A stretch of 64,000 nucleotides of DNA, taken from the IMG/VR virus record IMGVR_UViG_3300005077_000006, positions 53,685 to 117,684 of that record; one strand, written 5' to 3'. The first letter of the stretch is position 1. Each line of letters opens with the position of its first letter. Source of the stretch: a virus. Positions 18,908 to 27,457 of this stretch are shown piece by piece. The position numbers and the translations under genes are program-made. The notes below the pieces were generated by a model. The model had not been told where the DNA came from and did not search any database. It worked only from the letters and a program-made list of their open reading frames with translations.

Positions 18908-20932
18908 ATGACGATGGATCTCTTCCTCGATAACAAGAAGCTGACCTTCGAGAAGCTGGGCATGGAAGCTCGGATGTCGGAGGACCCGAACGAGTGGCCC
19001 GAGCAGATCTTGGACCAGCTCTATCGGCAAGCGCCCTACACCAGCGACTACAGCCCCAAGATCGTGCTGGACGACATCGATCCGGACAGGCGCTACGCCA
19101 TGGGAAGAGTCGAGCTCATCAACCAGCTCGCCATCAACCCAAGGGACGACTCCACGCCGTCGGAGCTGAAGGGGAAGCAGAAGGTCGTCCTTCCCGTCAT
19201 CATCAAGGATGGTCGGCTCTCTCCCATCGACCTGCTGATGCACAGCGGAAGCGTCGAGCCCCTGACTGAGGGGAGACTGAGAGAGGCGCTCTTCCGGCCG
19301 GCTCTCTTCGAGGCCATCCGGCAACGGCCGGGGGACATGAGCCTCATCGAGCAGCTCTATCCACCCAACCGGCAGTACGGCGGGGCACGTGGACCACTGG
19401 TGGCTGACGCGGGGTCGGGAATGGTGGGCTCCACCAGGACAGCCTCGGCCAAGCCGGAGTTCCTGCTGGACGCCATCATGCCCACGGTCAAGAAGGCGCA
19501 CGTCCAGCACGTGGCCCAGCGCATCGAGGAGGACCCTGTCCTGCGCTCGGCTCTCGTCACCAACGAGGCCGTCTTCCCCTTCATCGCCAAGCTGGCCGAG
19601 GTCGAGTCCATCGAGAAGGACCCCGGGACCTACCTGAAGAAGATCGCCAGCAGCATCAAGCCCAACGTCATCCAGGTCCAGAAGATCGAGGGCGGCTTCC
19701 GGATCAAGACTGCCAACTCCGACGCCCTGATCCCGACATCCGATGACGTCGACCGACCCTCTGCCGTGGGGATGCTGGGGCCAGACCTGGTCTCCTCGGT
19801 GGAGCGGGATGGCACCACCACGATCTCCACCAACCCCGCGGTGAAGGAGACCATGGAGGACGTCACCATCAAGGTGGTGTCCGAGTTCGGCATCTACAAG
19901 GTGAAGAAGGTGGGGGACAACGCCGAGCTGGTGGGATGGGTGTTCCCCAAGGTGATGGACTTCACCGGGGAGCTCCTGCCCATGGCGGTCTTCTCCAACG
20001 GCAGCGAGTCTGCCATGCAGGAGAACGTCGCCGGCATCCCGGTCGCCAGGCAGACGGACATCCTCAACGGAGCGCCCACGGGTATGGGCTCCTTCTACTA
20101 CGCCACCTCGGCCGGGGCGCAGGCCTTGGTCCCAGTGATGGTGAAGAGCGAGGTGGAGTCCCCCGAGGGGCTGTCCTACGTCTGCGAGACGGTGATGGGG
20201 GAGCAGTGTCAGATCGTGAAGGTGCCCGGTCTGAAGGCGGTGCAGCAGATCTCCGAGGGACGCTACGGCATCCCGGCGGAGTGCGGCTTCCTGCCACTCG
20301 CGGACGTGGTGGACCTGGCTTCGAGCCCGGACGAGTTCGCCAAGACGGCCGAGGCCCAAGCCGTGGGTACGAACGCCGTTCGGATCATCACGGATGGCAG
20401 CGTCTACTCCTTCGAGGGCATGCCGATCGACAAGCTGGCAGGCGTGATGCCCACCGCCTTCCTGGCCAAGGACGACGCCGTCTTCCTCGGCACCATCCTG
20501 GGGCAGGAGCCCAAGAAGCTGGCTCACGCGCTGACCACGATGCGGAAGCAGGGCCACCAGGAGCTGTGGTTCCACGCCCATCAGCCCACTCCCCTCCGTG
20601 ACAAGTACGCGGCGGCGAGTGCGAGCGCGAAGGCGCTCCTGGACAAGCTCCCGAGCATGAGGGCGGACCTCCTGAAGGAGGCGGCTCCCATCGAGGATCC
20701 CGCGGCGGTGGACAAGATCCTGTCCGTCGGCTTCCTCAACCCGGAGAACGTGTCGATCTTCGCCAGCTACGCACCGGAGATCGAGGACACGATCAAGAAG
20801 CTGTCAGAGCTGTTGATGGCCACGAGGATGGGCCTGGGTTCGGTGGAAGAGGGGGCCCTGCAGAAGGCGATCGTGCATCTCGACAAGGTGGTGGCGGGGC
20901 TGAAGACCATCGGATCCATGCCGAAGGCGTAG
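18908..20932 (+). CDS. putative virion head protein
   Basis: Strong RBS; K-x-A/G sites (EKLG, KLA, KIA, KTA x2, KEA); no catalytic motif recognised. Confidence 0.55.
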   Translation: MTMDLFLDNKKLTFEKLGMEARMSEDPNEWPEQILDQLYRQAPYTSDYSPKIVLDDIDPDRRYAMGRVELINQLAINPRDDSTPSELKGKQKVVLPVIIKDGRLSPIDLLMHSGSVEPLTEGRLREALFRPALFEAIRQRPGDMSLIEQLYPPNRQYGGARGPLVADAGSGMVGSTRTASAKPEFLLDAIMPTVKKAHVQHVAQRIEEDPVLRSALVTNEAVFPFIAKLAEVESIEKDPGTYLKKIASSIKPNVIQVQKIEGGFRIKTANSDALIPTSDDVDRPSAVGMLGPDLVSSVERDGTTTISTNPAVKETMEDVTIKVVSEFGIYKVKKVGDNAELVGWVFPKVMDFTGELLPMAVFSNGSESAMQENVAGIPVARQTDILNGAPTGMGSFYYATSAGAQALVPVMVKSEVESPEGLSYVCETVMGEQCQIVKVPGLKAVQQISEGRYGIPAECGFLPLADVVDLASSPDEFAKTAEAQAVGTNAVRIITDGSVYSFEGMPIDKLAGVMPTAFLAKDDAVFLGTILGQEPKKLAHALTTMRKQGHQELWFHAHQPTPLRDKYAAASASAKALLDKLPSMRADLLKEAAPIEDPAAVDKILSVGFLNPENVSIFASYAPEIEDTIKKLSELLMATRMGLGSVEEGALQKAIVHLDKVVAGLKTIGSMPKA

Positions 20933-20935
20933 CCC

Positions 20936-21823
20936 ATGGTCAGCCGTTCACCCAGTGAGTTCTTCATCAAGTTCCTGCTGTCCCAGCGGGAACACGATCC
21001 TGCTCAGGTGCTCCGCATCCTGGAGGACTTCGGACTGGAGGGGCTCACTGTTGGCTACATCAAGAAGCTCCAGATCAAGATGGAGCCCTTCCCCGATCCC
21101 TGGGAGCCAGCCCAGGTGGAGGGGCCAACTAGGGAGTACCTCAAGAAGCACGGGATCCACGACCTCTGGTTCCCGCATGCGCATGTGCAGGAGGCGTACA
21201 AGATCCTCTCCAGCCCGCAGCTACGGGCCGATGTGCAGCAGCTCGTGCTCTCCCCCCTGCGCATCGAGGAGGTGGTCAGGCGGCTCAACAAGCACCACGA
21301 CATCAAGCTGACCATCGAGGGCATCGAAGCCTTCCGCCACTACTTCTGGAACAAGTCTCTGCTCTCGATGGATGAGTGGATCGAGTTCCTGGAGGAGAGG
21401 CCCCGGGCTGCCGAGAACATCACCATGCTGCGCGTGAGCCCGGACGTGGCGCAGTCGCTGGTGCCCTGGATCGCGGGTCTAGCTGGTCCCCCGGCGTCGC
21501 TCAACACCGGCACCGTGGCTCGGCGTCTGCGCGACATCGCGTTTCTGAAGGTGCTCGAGATCGAGCGCCAGCCAGCTACGCTGGCGCACTCGAAGATGAT
21601 GAAGAACTACTCGGACGTGATCCGCGGCATGGAAGCGGAGATGCGACAGAGCGAGGTCGCTCTACGCGATGTGCTCAAGGCGTTCGAGAAGTTCCGTCTC
21701 CGCAAGGACGATGCGACGGTCCCGGCCATCGAAGAGGTGGCTGGTCCGAACTACAGTCACTCCGGAGAGGGAACTGGTGGGCCGAGTACTGCCGACGACA
21801 TGATGGAGGAAGACTATGGCTGA
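20936..21823 (+). CDS. hypothetical protein (possible terminase small subunit)
   Basis: Helical protein two genes upstream of terL; function inferred from position only. Confidence 0.4.
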   Translation: MVSRSPSEFFIKFLLSQREHDPAQVLRILEDFGLEGLTVGYIKKLQIKMEPFPDPWEPAQVEGPTREYLKKHGIHDLWFPHAHVQEAYKILSSPQLRADVQQLVLSPLRIEEVVRRLNKHHDIKLTIEGIEAFRHYFWNKSLLSMDEWIEFLEERPRAAENITMLRVSPDVAQSLVPWIAGLAGPPASLNTGTVARRLRDIAFLKVLEIERQPATLAHSKMMKNYSDVIRGMEAEMRQSEVALRDVLKAFEKFRLRKDDATVPAIEEVAGPNYSHSGEGTGGPSTADDMMEEDYG

Positions 21824-22337
21824 GACGCAAGTGGAGAAGAGGCCCTTCTGGGTCTCCGAGGAAGAGAAGAGCGGGCTGGTTGCCACGCCCCAGGGCAGCC
21901 TCGATGTGGGTGCGGCCATCCCGGAGCTCACCTGGGTGGAGAAGGGTCCAGTGGTCGGGGCGTACGTCATCAAGGACGGGCTGCTGATCTACCACATCTA
22001 CAAGAAGGACCGGAAGGAGATCTACGACGACGCCATGGCGGACATGGATCGCATCCGCAACGAGGTGGTCGACGCCAAGGAGCGGGCCCGCCTCCAGAAC
22101 GAGGTCGCCATGCGCGCCAACAAGGCGATGAGCAACCTCCCCTGGTGGGTGGGGATCTTGGACACGCTGACGGCGATCTTCGCGGACCACTTCCGACACC
22201 ATCCCCAGAAGGTGACCTACTACCCGGAGGTGGATAGCTGCTCCGTCATCATGCCGGAGCCCACCATGCCGGGTGCCCTGACCAAGGCTCACCTGGAAGC
22301 ACCGTTCTCCCAACTGGCACTGCAGGTCCAGGGCTAA
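21816..22337 (+). CDS. hypothetical protein
   Basis: Coupled ORF with GGAGGA RBS. Confidence 0.6.
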   Translation: MAETQVEKRPFWVSEEEKSGLVATPQGSLDVGAAIPELTWVEKGPVVGAYVIKDGLLIYHIYKKDRKEIYDDAMADMDRIRNEVVDAKERARLQNEVAMRANKAMSNLPWWVGILDTLTAIFADHFRHHPQKVTYYPEVDSCSVIMPEPTMPGALTKAHLEAPFSQLALQVQG

Positions 22338-22342
22338 GTGAA

Positions 22343-22536
22343 GGCCGGCTTTCGCCGGCCAGTACGGTGCTCTACACCTTGATTGGAGGCCTGTTGGGTA
22401 CAACGCTCGGTTCCGCCGGCGACGACCGAATGTTGCCCAAAGGCCTCCAATCAAGGTGTGAGGGGCCTGGGCGCATCAGAGGAACAGCATTGCCGGCGAG
22501 TGGTGCCTGGAGTGAAGCTACATCCGGGGCATCACT
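22343..22536 (+). ncRNA. candidate structured RNA or DNA element upstream of terL
   Basis: Perfect 19-bp stem 22374-22392/22441-22459 extended by inner stems; extra hairpins at 22343-22360 and 22499-22536; G-U pairs favour the + strand. Confidence 0.45.
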
Positions 22537-22542
22537 AAGTAC

Positions 22543-22550
22543 CTTATACC
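22543..22550 (-). promoter_or_regulatory. GGTATAAG motif
   Basis: CTTATACC on the + strand; points into the structured intergenic element. Confidence 0.45.
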
Positions 22551-22581
22551 TGCCAGTCAGGGATCATTGCGGTAGGATGTA

Positions 22582-24414
22582 GTGATGGCGACGATCAGCC
22601 TTGCAGAAGTCGAGACCCTCAAGTCCGCACGGACGATCCCTCTCCTGTGGTCCGTTGATGGAGAGGTCCAGGAACCGTGGTTCGACTACGATGAGGACGG
22701 CAATCCCACTGACTTCGGCTTCGACATGGAGCCGGCCGATCCCTCGACTGAAGATCTGCTCGAGATCAACCCGGACGTCTTCCTCTACGATGTCTCGCCC
22801 TCTCAGTTTGCGGAGACTGCCATCCGTGTCCCAGAAGCGGGACGCATCTCTGACTTCGAGTTCACGGGCAGAGAGTACTTGCGGAGGATCTACGATACTT
22901 CCGCGAGGAAGGTGCTGCTCAAGTGCGGGCGTCAGGTTGAGAAGTCCACGACCTTGGGTAACAGGCTGCTCTGCTACTCAGCGCTCACCAACAACTTCCG
23001 CTGCCTCTTCGTCGCACCCTCGGCTGAGCAGGCCAAGGTGTTCTCGAACGATCGTATCAAGGACGTCATCGACTCCTCCCCTCTGCTTCGGGCCTACACA
23101 TCCTCCCGCGTGAACCAGGCCGTCTTCTTCAAGAAGTTCATCAACTTCTCCCAGATCCGACTGCGCTACGCCTACCTCACGGCGGACCGGGTGCGTGGTA
23201 TCCCTGCCGACCTGGTCACGGTAGACGAGCTCCAGGACATTCTGATCGACAACATCCCGGTCATCGAGCAGTGCGCCTTCCACTCCCCCTACAAGTTGTT
23301 CCTCTACTCCGGCACGCCGAAGTCGATGGACAACACGATCGAGTTCTACTGGAACGAGTTCTCGTCCATGAACGAGTGGATCGTACCGTGTGACCGGCAT
23401 GGTACGCCCAACGATCCCGGTTCCTGGCACTGGAACGTCTTGGGGGAGAAGAACATCGGGAAGAAGGGCCTGATCTGCGACCGCTGCAAGGAGCCCATCG
23501 ACGCGGCTCATCCGATGGCCAAGTGGGCCGCGATGAACCCGATGCGGGAGGACAACGCCGACAAGGTCACCTTCGAAGGCTACCGCATCCCGCAGATCAT
23601 GGTGCCCTGGGTGGATTGGGACGAGGTGCTCCAGGCTTTGGAGCAGTACCCGCGCGCCCAGTTCATGAACGAGAAGCTGGGCATGTCCTACGACTCTGGT
23701 GTTCGTCCCATCACCAAGGGTCAGCTCAAGGCGTGCTGCAAAGCAGAGATCAGGCTGGGGGACATCGAGGCGTTCAAGCGGATCGCCCAGGGCATCCGGG
23801 TCTACGCCGGCATCGACTGGGGCCCGGGAGAGAACGCCTCCTTCACGGTCATCACCTTCGGCGGGTACATGGGGACGGGTGTTTTCAACATCTTCTGGAT
23901 CCACCGCTTCACTGGGCAAGACCTCGAGCCTGAGCGGCAGCTCGATCTCATCAGTCAGATGCTCTCCCAGCTCCAGGTCCAGATCGTGGGGTGCGACTAC
24001 GGTGGTGGTTTCTACCAGAACGATGCTCTGATCAGGCGGTTCGGACCACAGAAGGTCATGAAGTACCAGTACAACCCTCGCCAGAAGAAGAAGATCTATT
24101 GGGAGCCGAACCTTCTACGCTGGATGTGCCACCGCTCAGAGATCATGAGCGACATCTTCAACGCCCTCAAGCAACAGAAGGTGGCGCTGCCTTGCTGGGA
24201 TGACTTCTGCGAGCCCTACGGCACGGACATCCTCAACATCTTCAGCGAGTACAATCAGCGTCTCAGGATGATCGAGTACAAGAGGGCGCCCGGCAAGCCG
24301 GATGACGCCTTCCACTCGATCCTCTACTGCATGCTGGCCTCCATGATCCAGAACCCGAGGCCCGACATCATCCGGCCCACGAAGGATGAGGGCATTCCTC
24401 AGCATCACGGCTAA
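22582..24414 (+). CDS. terL: terminase large subunit (GpA-like ATPase + RNase H nuclease)
   Basis: GRQVEKSTT (Walker A-like), VDELQD (Walker B), SGTP, CDRH/CDRC Zn site, nuclease GIDWG and PDDAFHS. Confidence 0.88.
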   Translation: MMATISLAEVETLKSARTIPLLWSVDGEVQEPWFDYDEDGNPTDFGFDMEPADPSTEDLLEINPDVFLYDVSPSQFAETAIRVPEAGRISDFEFTGREYLRRIYDTSARKVLLKCGRQVEKSTTLGNRLLCYSALTNNFRCLFVAPSAEQAKVFSNDRIKDVIDSSPLLRAYTSSRVNQAVFFKKFINFSQIRLRYAYLTADRVRGIPADLVTVDELQDILIDNIPVIEQCAFHSPYKLFLYSGTPKSMDNTIEFYWNEFSSMNEWIVPCDRHGTPNDPGSWHWNVLGEKNIGKKGLICDRCKEPIDAAHPMAKWAAMNPMREDNADKVTFEGYRIPQIMVPWVDWDEVLQALEQYPRAQFMNEKLGMSYDSGVRPITKGQLKACCKAEIRLGDIEAFKRIAQGIRVYAGIDWGPGENASFTVITFGGYMGTGVFNIFWIHRFTGQDLEPERQLDLISQMLSQLQVQIVGCDYGGGFYQNDALIRRFGPQKVMKYQYNPRQKKKIYWEPNLLRWMCHRSEIMSDIFNALKQQKVALPCWDDFCEPYGTDILNIFSEYNQRLRMIEYKRAPGKPDDAFHSILYCMLASMIQNPRPDIIRPTKDEGIPQHHG

Positions 24415-24418
24415 AGAA

Positions 24419-24448
24419 GGGTAGGACACGCTGCAGCGTGTCCTACCC
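24419..24448. terminator. perfect 30-bp palindrome between convergent genes
   Basis: GGGTAGGACACGCTGCAGCGTGTCCTACCC equals its own reverse complement. Confidence 0.6.
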
Positions 24449-24486
24449 GGTGGCTATCCGGTCGCTACCCGGTCGCTACCCGGCGA
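24443..24486. repeat. 4 x 11-bp tandem repeat
   Basis: CTACCCGGTGG / CTATCCGGTCG / CTACCCGGTCG / CTACCCGGCGA. Confidence 0.75.
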
Positions 24487-24799
24487 TCTTGCTGATGATG
24501 AAGCGCACCAGCTTGTAGACCCCGTAGCCGGCGAGGGCTCGGCCGCCAAGGCCGAACACGCCCTCCACCTTGTTCTTCACGCCGGGCGCTGCGATGTGCT
24601 GGACGGGGTGCCAGATGATGAGCTGGCCAACCGTCTGGAGGGCGATGTACCCCTCCTGCTTGAGCTCCTGCTTGAGCTCCTGCTTGATCTCCCTCTTGAA
24701 CTGGGCGGCGTCGATGGTCATGGTCTCGCCAGCCTCGATTTCGGCTGGCACTGCGGCGCCTTTGGGCATTTCTGATCTCCTTGCAAGGGTTACGAGCAT
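24476..24799 (-). CDS. hypothetical protein with C-terminal hydrophobic helix
   Basis: QELK tandem repeat; preceded by the GGGATAAG motif. Confidence 0.55.
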   Translation of the reverse strand: MLVTLARRSEMPKGAAVPAEIEAGETMTIDAAQFKREIKQELKQELKQEGYIALQTVGQLIIWHPVQHIAAPGVKNKVEGVFGLGGRALAGYGVYKLVRFIISKIAG

Positions 24800-24816
24800 C
24801 TGCTCCAGTGCTTGTT

Positions 24817-24843
24817 CTTATCCCCTGCAATCGATCAGATTTT
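24817..24843 (-). promoter_or_regulatory. conserved leftward promoter-like motif (AAAA...GGGATAAG)
   Basis: CTTATCCC at 24817-24824 with TTTT at 24840-24843. Confidence 0.55.
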
Positions 24844-25343
24844 CAGCCTACCTCCAGCTCATCCCCCTTGAGGATCACTCTCGCCTTCATGGGGAGGTCT
24901 TCCGGGTACTTCTTGCACATGATCACGGCGATGCCTCGCAAGTTCCGTCGGCCCTTGTCCAGTAGGGCGTAGAGCTGCAGCAATCCAAGGTCTTCCCCCA
25001 TCTTTGGGTGCTGCCGGACGTTGGTCATCAGCTTGATGCAGAGGTGGTAGAACGGCTCCCAGGTGTGCTTGTAGTCGATGACTCCTTGCAGCCGGACCAT
25101 CTCGTACTCAGAAAGCTGGAGGAACAGCTCGGCCCATCGCTCGATGACCTCGGGGGGTATCTGCCTTTGCAGGAGACCCAGGAGTTGCACCGCATCCTGG
25201 TACAACTTCAACAGTTGCTCGTCCGGGACAGTCCGGAGGGCGGAGAGATCGAGCCCGTTGATGCGGAGGAGGAAGGAGACCTGCTTCTCCAACTGGTCAA
25301 CTCGGGCTTGCAAAAGGTCCTGCTCGTGACTCATGCTTCCCAC
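24843..25343 (-). CDS. hypothetical helical protein
   Basis: Clean ORF; N-terminal coiled coil. Confidence 0.6.
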   Translation of the reverse strand: MGSMSHEQDLLQARVDQLEKQVSFLLRINGLDLSALRTVPDEQLLKLYQDAVQLLGLLQRQIPPEVIERWAELFLQLSEYEMVRLQGVIDYKHTWEPFYHLCIKLMTNVRQHPKMGEDLGLLQLYALLDKGRRNLRGIAVIMCKKYPEDLPMKARVILKGDELEVG

Positions 25344-25380
25344 CGTGGTTGTGTCGTGTTACCTATATTAGGCACGATTG

Positions 25381-25410
25381 TTGACAGTGCGAAAGGCTCG
25401 CACCTATCAT
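25381..25410 (+). promoter_or_regulatory. sigma70-like promoter of head operon
   Basis: TTGACA-N18-TATCAT, 16 bp before ATG 25427. Confidence 0.7.
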
Positions 25411-25426
25411 TGACCAGAGGTGAGAC

Positions 25427-26347
25427 ATGAGTGATCCAGGCGCGATCCCTCTTGGTCTGGCGCAGCAGCAGGCCGCGCGGCAGATCGACCCTGAACAACT
25501 CGAGCTGATGGGGAAGAGGGCAGCCGCTCTCTACGATGGTGGTGGCCGCTCCCTCAGCGATGCCGTGGTCGAGGTCGTGAAGGAAGCCAAGCTGGCACCC
25601 GAGCAGGTGAAGCGGGTCTGCGAGTTCGCCAACACCAACGCCTACCTCAGCGCCTTCGAGAAGGCTGGCGAGGTCCGGAACATCACCTTCAACGGTGGTC
25701 CCGCCAACCCAGGTCAGGTGCTGAAGGATCTGAACGACGGCTCCTCCCCCGCGGTCCACCAGGTGGACTCCAGCGACTACAGCGAGCCCGCAGGCAACTA
25801 CAAGACGGCCAGCGCCAACATCTCCGTGCTGGCCGACGCCTTCGGGGTGGTCGGCATGGAGAAGACGGCACAGGTCCATGACCACTTCGCCAGGGAGAAC
25901 CCGGTGGAGGAGGTCAACGACCTGCGTGTCATCATCCAGGGCGCCCGAGATCAACTCATGAGCAAGCTCTCCTCGTCCGAGATCTTGCTGACCGATCTCA
26001 AGGCCGTGCTGTCCGAGAAGGTGGCGGAGGCCGTGCTGGAAGGCATGCCCATGGGGGACATCGTCCGGGCATGGTCCAGCTACGGGACCTCCAACCAGAT
26101 CAAGGAGGCCGCGTCCTTCGTGCGGGATCACCTGCGCGAGCGCAGGATCATGGGCAAGGACCAGTTCGCCGAGTCCATCACCAAGATCGCCTCCCCAGGG
26201 GTGATCGCCAACCCGGATCACCCAGTGGTGGACCACTTCATCCTCTTCACCAAGGTGGCGCACGAACATGCGAAGCTCGAGGAAGCGGTGCATATCCTCG
26301 AGCTTCGCCTGGACGAGACCAACGCCGCGCTGAGGAGCATGCTATGA
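25427..26347 (+). CDS. putative prohead core/virion protein
   Basis: First gene of the head operon; KAG, KTA x2, KEA, KIA and KVA sites. Confidence 0.6.
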   Translation: MSDPGAIPLGLAQQQAARQIDPEQLELMGKRAAALYDGGGRSLSDAVVEVVKEAKLAPEQVKRVCEFANTNAYLSAFEKAGEVRNITFNGGPANPGQVLKDLNDGSSPAVHQVDSSDYSEPAGNYKTASANISVLADAFGVVGMEKTAQVHDHFARENPVEEVNDLRVIIQGARDQLMSKLSSSEILLTDLKAVLSEKVAEAVLEGMPMGDIVRAWSSYGTSNQIKEAASFVRDHLRERRIMGKDQFAESITKIASPGVIANPDHPVVDHFILFTKVAHEHAKLEEAVHILELRLDETNAALRSML

Positions 26348-26664
26348 GCATGCAGGGTGTGAGCAACGCCTTCCAGATCCTCCAGGCGATGGAGAAGCAG
26401 GGTGAAGGGGGGCTCAACATCCTCGGCCGGCTCGGCGAGGCGGCATCCTCGATCGATGCGGCTGGCAAGGGCATGTCCAACGCGCTGAAGGCGCGGGGCC
26501 ACGGTGGAACGGCCATGATCGCACGCTTCGCTCCCCACGCCATCGTCGGCGCCCTCGGCTACAAGGCCTTGAAGGGCCCGTACGAGAAGATGAAGGCGTG
26601 GAAGCAGCAACGCGACTACGAGAAGGCCATGCGTCAGGCGCAACAAGGAGGGTACTACCAATGA
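26344..26664 (+). CDS. small membrane-type protein with MEKQG leader
   Basis: ATGA-coupled start at 26344; MSMQGVSNAFQILQAMEKQG; hydrophobic FAPHAIVGALGY. Confidence 0.65.
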   Translation: MSMQGVSNAFQILQAMEKQGEGGLNILGRLGEAASSIDAAGKGMSNALKARGHGGTAMIARFAPHAIVGALGYKALKGPYEKMKAWKQQRDYEKAMRQAQQGGYYQ

Positions 26665-27455
26665 ACCCGGTGGACGACTTCCTGAAGCATGCAGGGTTCA
26701 TGGACCTCCTCCGGGGCCTTGGCCGCGGGATCTCTGGCTCCATGGAGCAGCTCCCCGCCGACAAGATCTTGAGCGGTGGTGAGAAGGCCGGACGGGTCAT
26801 CGGCCAGGTCGGTGTTCCGGCTCTGGCCGCCGCTGGTCTGGCGGCGGTGGGTCAAGGCGTCTCGAAGGGACTGGGCGCCATCACCAACCGGTTCACCAAG
26901 GCCCGGGACTACAAGGCCATGCTCCAGGCCAATCCTGCGCTGGCCCAGGCTGATGCGTCCACCACCCAGATGTACTTCAACTCCCTGCGCCACGTCTCCC
27001 CATCCCTCTCCAAGGATCCCCTGGTTGCCGGCTCCTTCGTCCGCAACATGATGGAGCTCCAGCCGGAGTCCGGTCCGGCGATCCCGATCCAGACCACCAA
27101 GCTGCTGGCCGATGCCCAGAAGTCGATCTCCCAGGCCCGCGCCGGTCACCCGATCGCGGAGGCCTTCGCCGGCGGCAAGCCCTCGTTCTACGAGATGACC
27201 CGTCAGCGCCCAGAGCCAGGCCCGGAGCTGGCGTTCACGATGGGTCCCGGGGGCATGCAGGGTCGCTTCCCCTCGGAGGCAGCAGCAGAGGAATTCGCCA
27301 GGCGTCAGGGACTCCCAACGATGGGCCCCGAGCGGCCGCAGCTCATCGAGGAGGAGCGCTTCAAGCACGATCCCTTCGTCGGCCCGATGCCGCAAGGGCA
27401 GCCGCACCCCTCTCCGTGGAAGCCGGAGTCCAAGACGGTCAAGCACTACAGGTAA
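26661..27455 (+). CDS. virion protein with DDFLKHA leader and hydrophobic helix
   Basis: ATGA-coupled start at 26661; MNPVDDFLKHA followed by GFMDLLRGLGRG; ALAAAGLAAVG helix. Confidence 0.65.
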   Translation: MNPVDDFLKHAGFMDLLRGLGRGISGSMEQLPADKILSGGEKAGRVIGQVGVPALAAAGLAAVGQGVSKGLGAITNRFTKARDYKAMLQANPALAQADASTTQMYFNSLRHVSPSLSKDPLVAGSFVRNMMELQPESGPAIPIQTTKLLADAQKSISQARAGHPIAEAFAGGKPSFYEMTRQRPEPGPELAFTMGPGGMQGRFPSEAAAEEFARRQGLPTMGPERPQLIEEERFKHDPFVGPMPQGQPHPSPWKPESKTVKHYR

Positions 27456-27457
27456 AC

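Noticed and set aside
22582-24414. Intein in terminase (or RNAP)
   Set aside because: No intein start / HN-[CST] end pair or LAGLIDADG block seen; lengths need no insertion
24443-24486. CRISPR array
   Set aside because: 11-bp tandem units with no spacers; no cas genes or repeat-spacer array seen anywhere in the window
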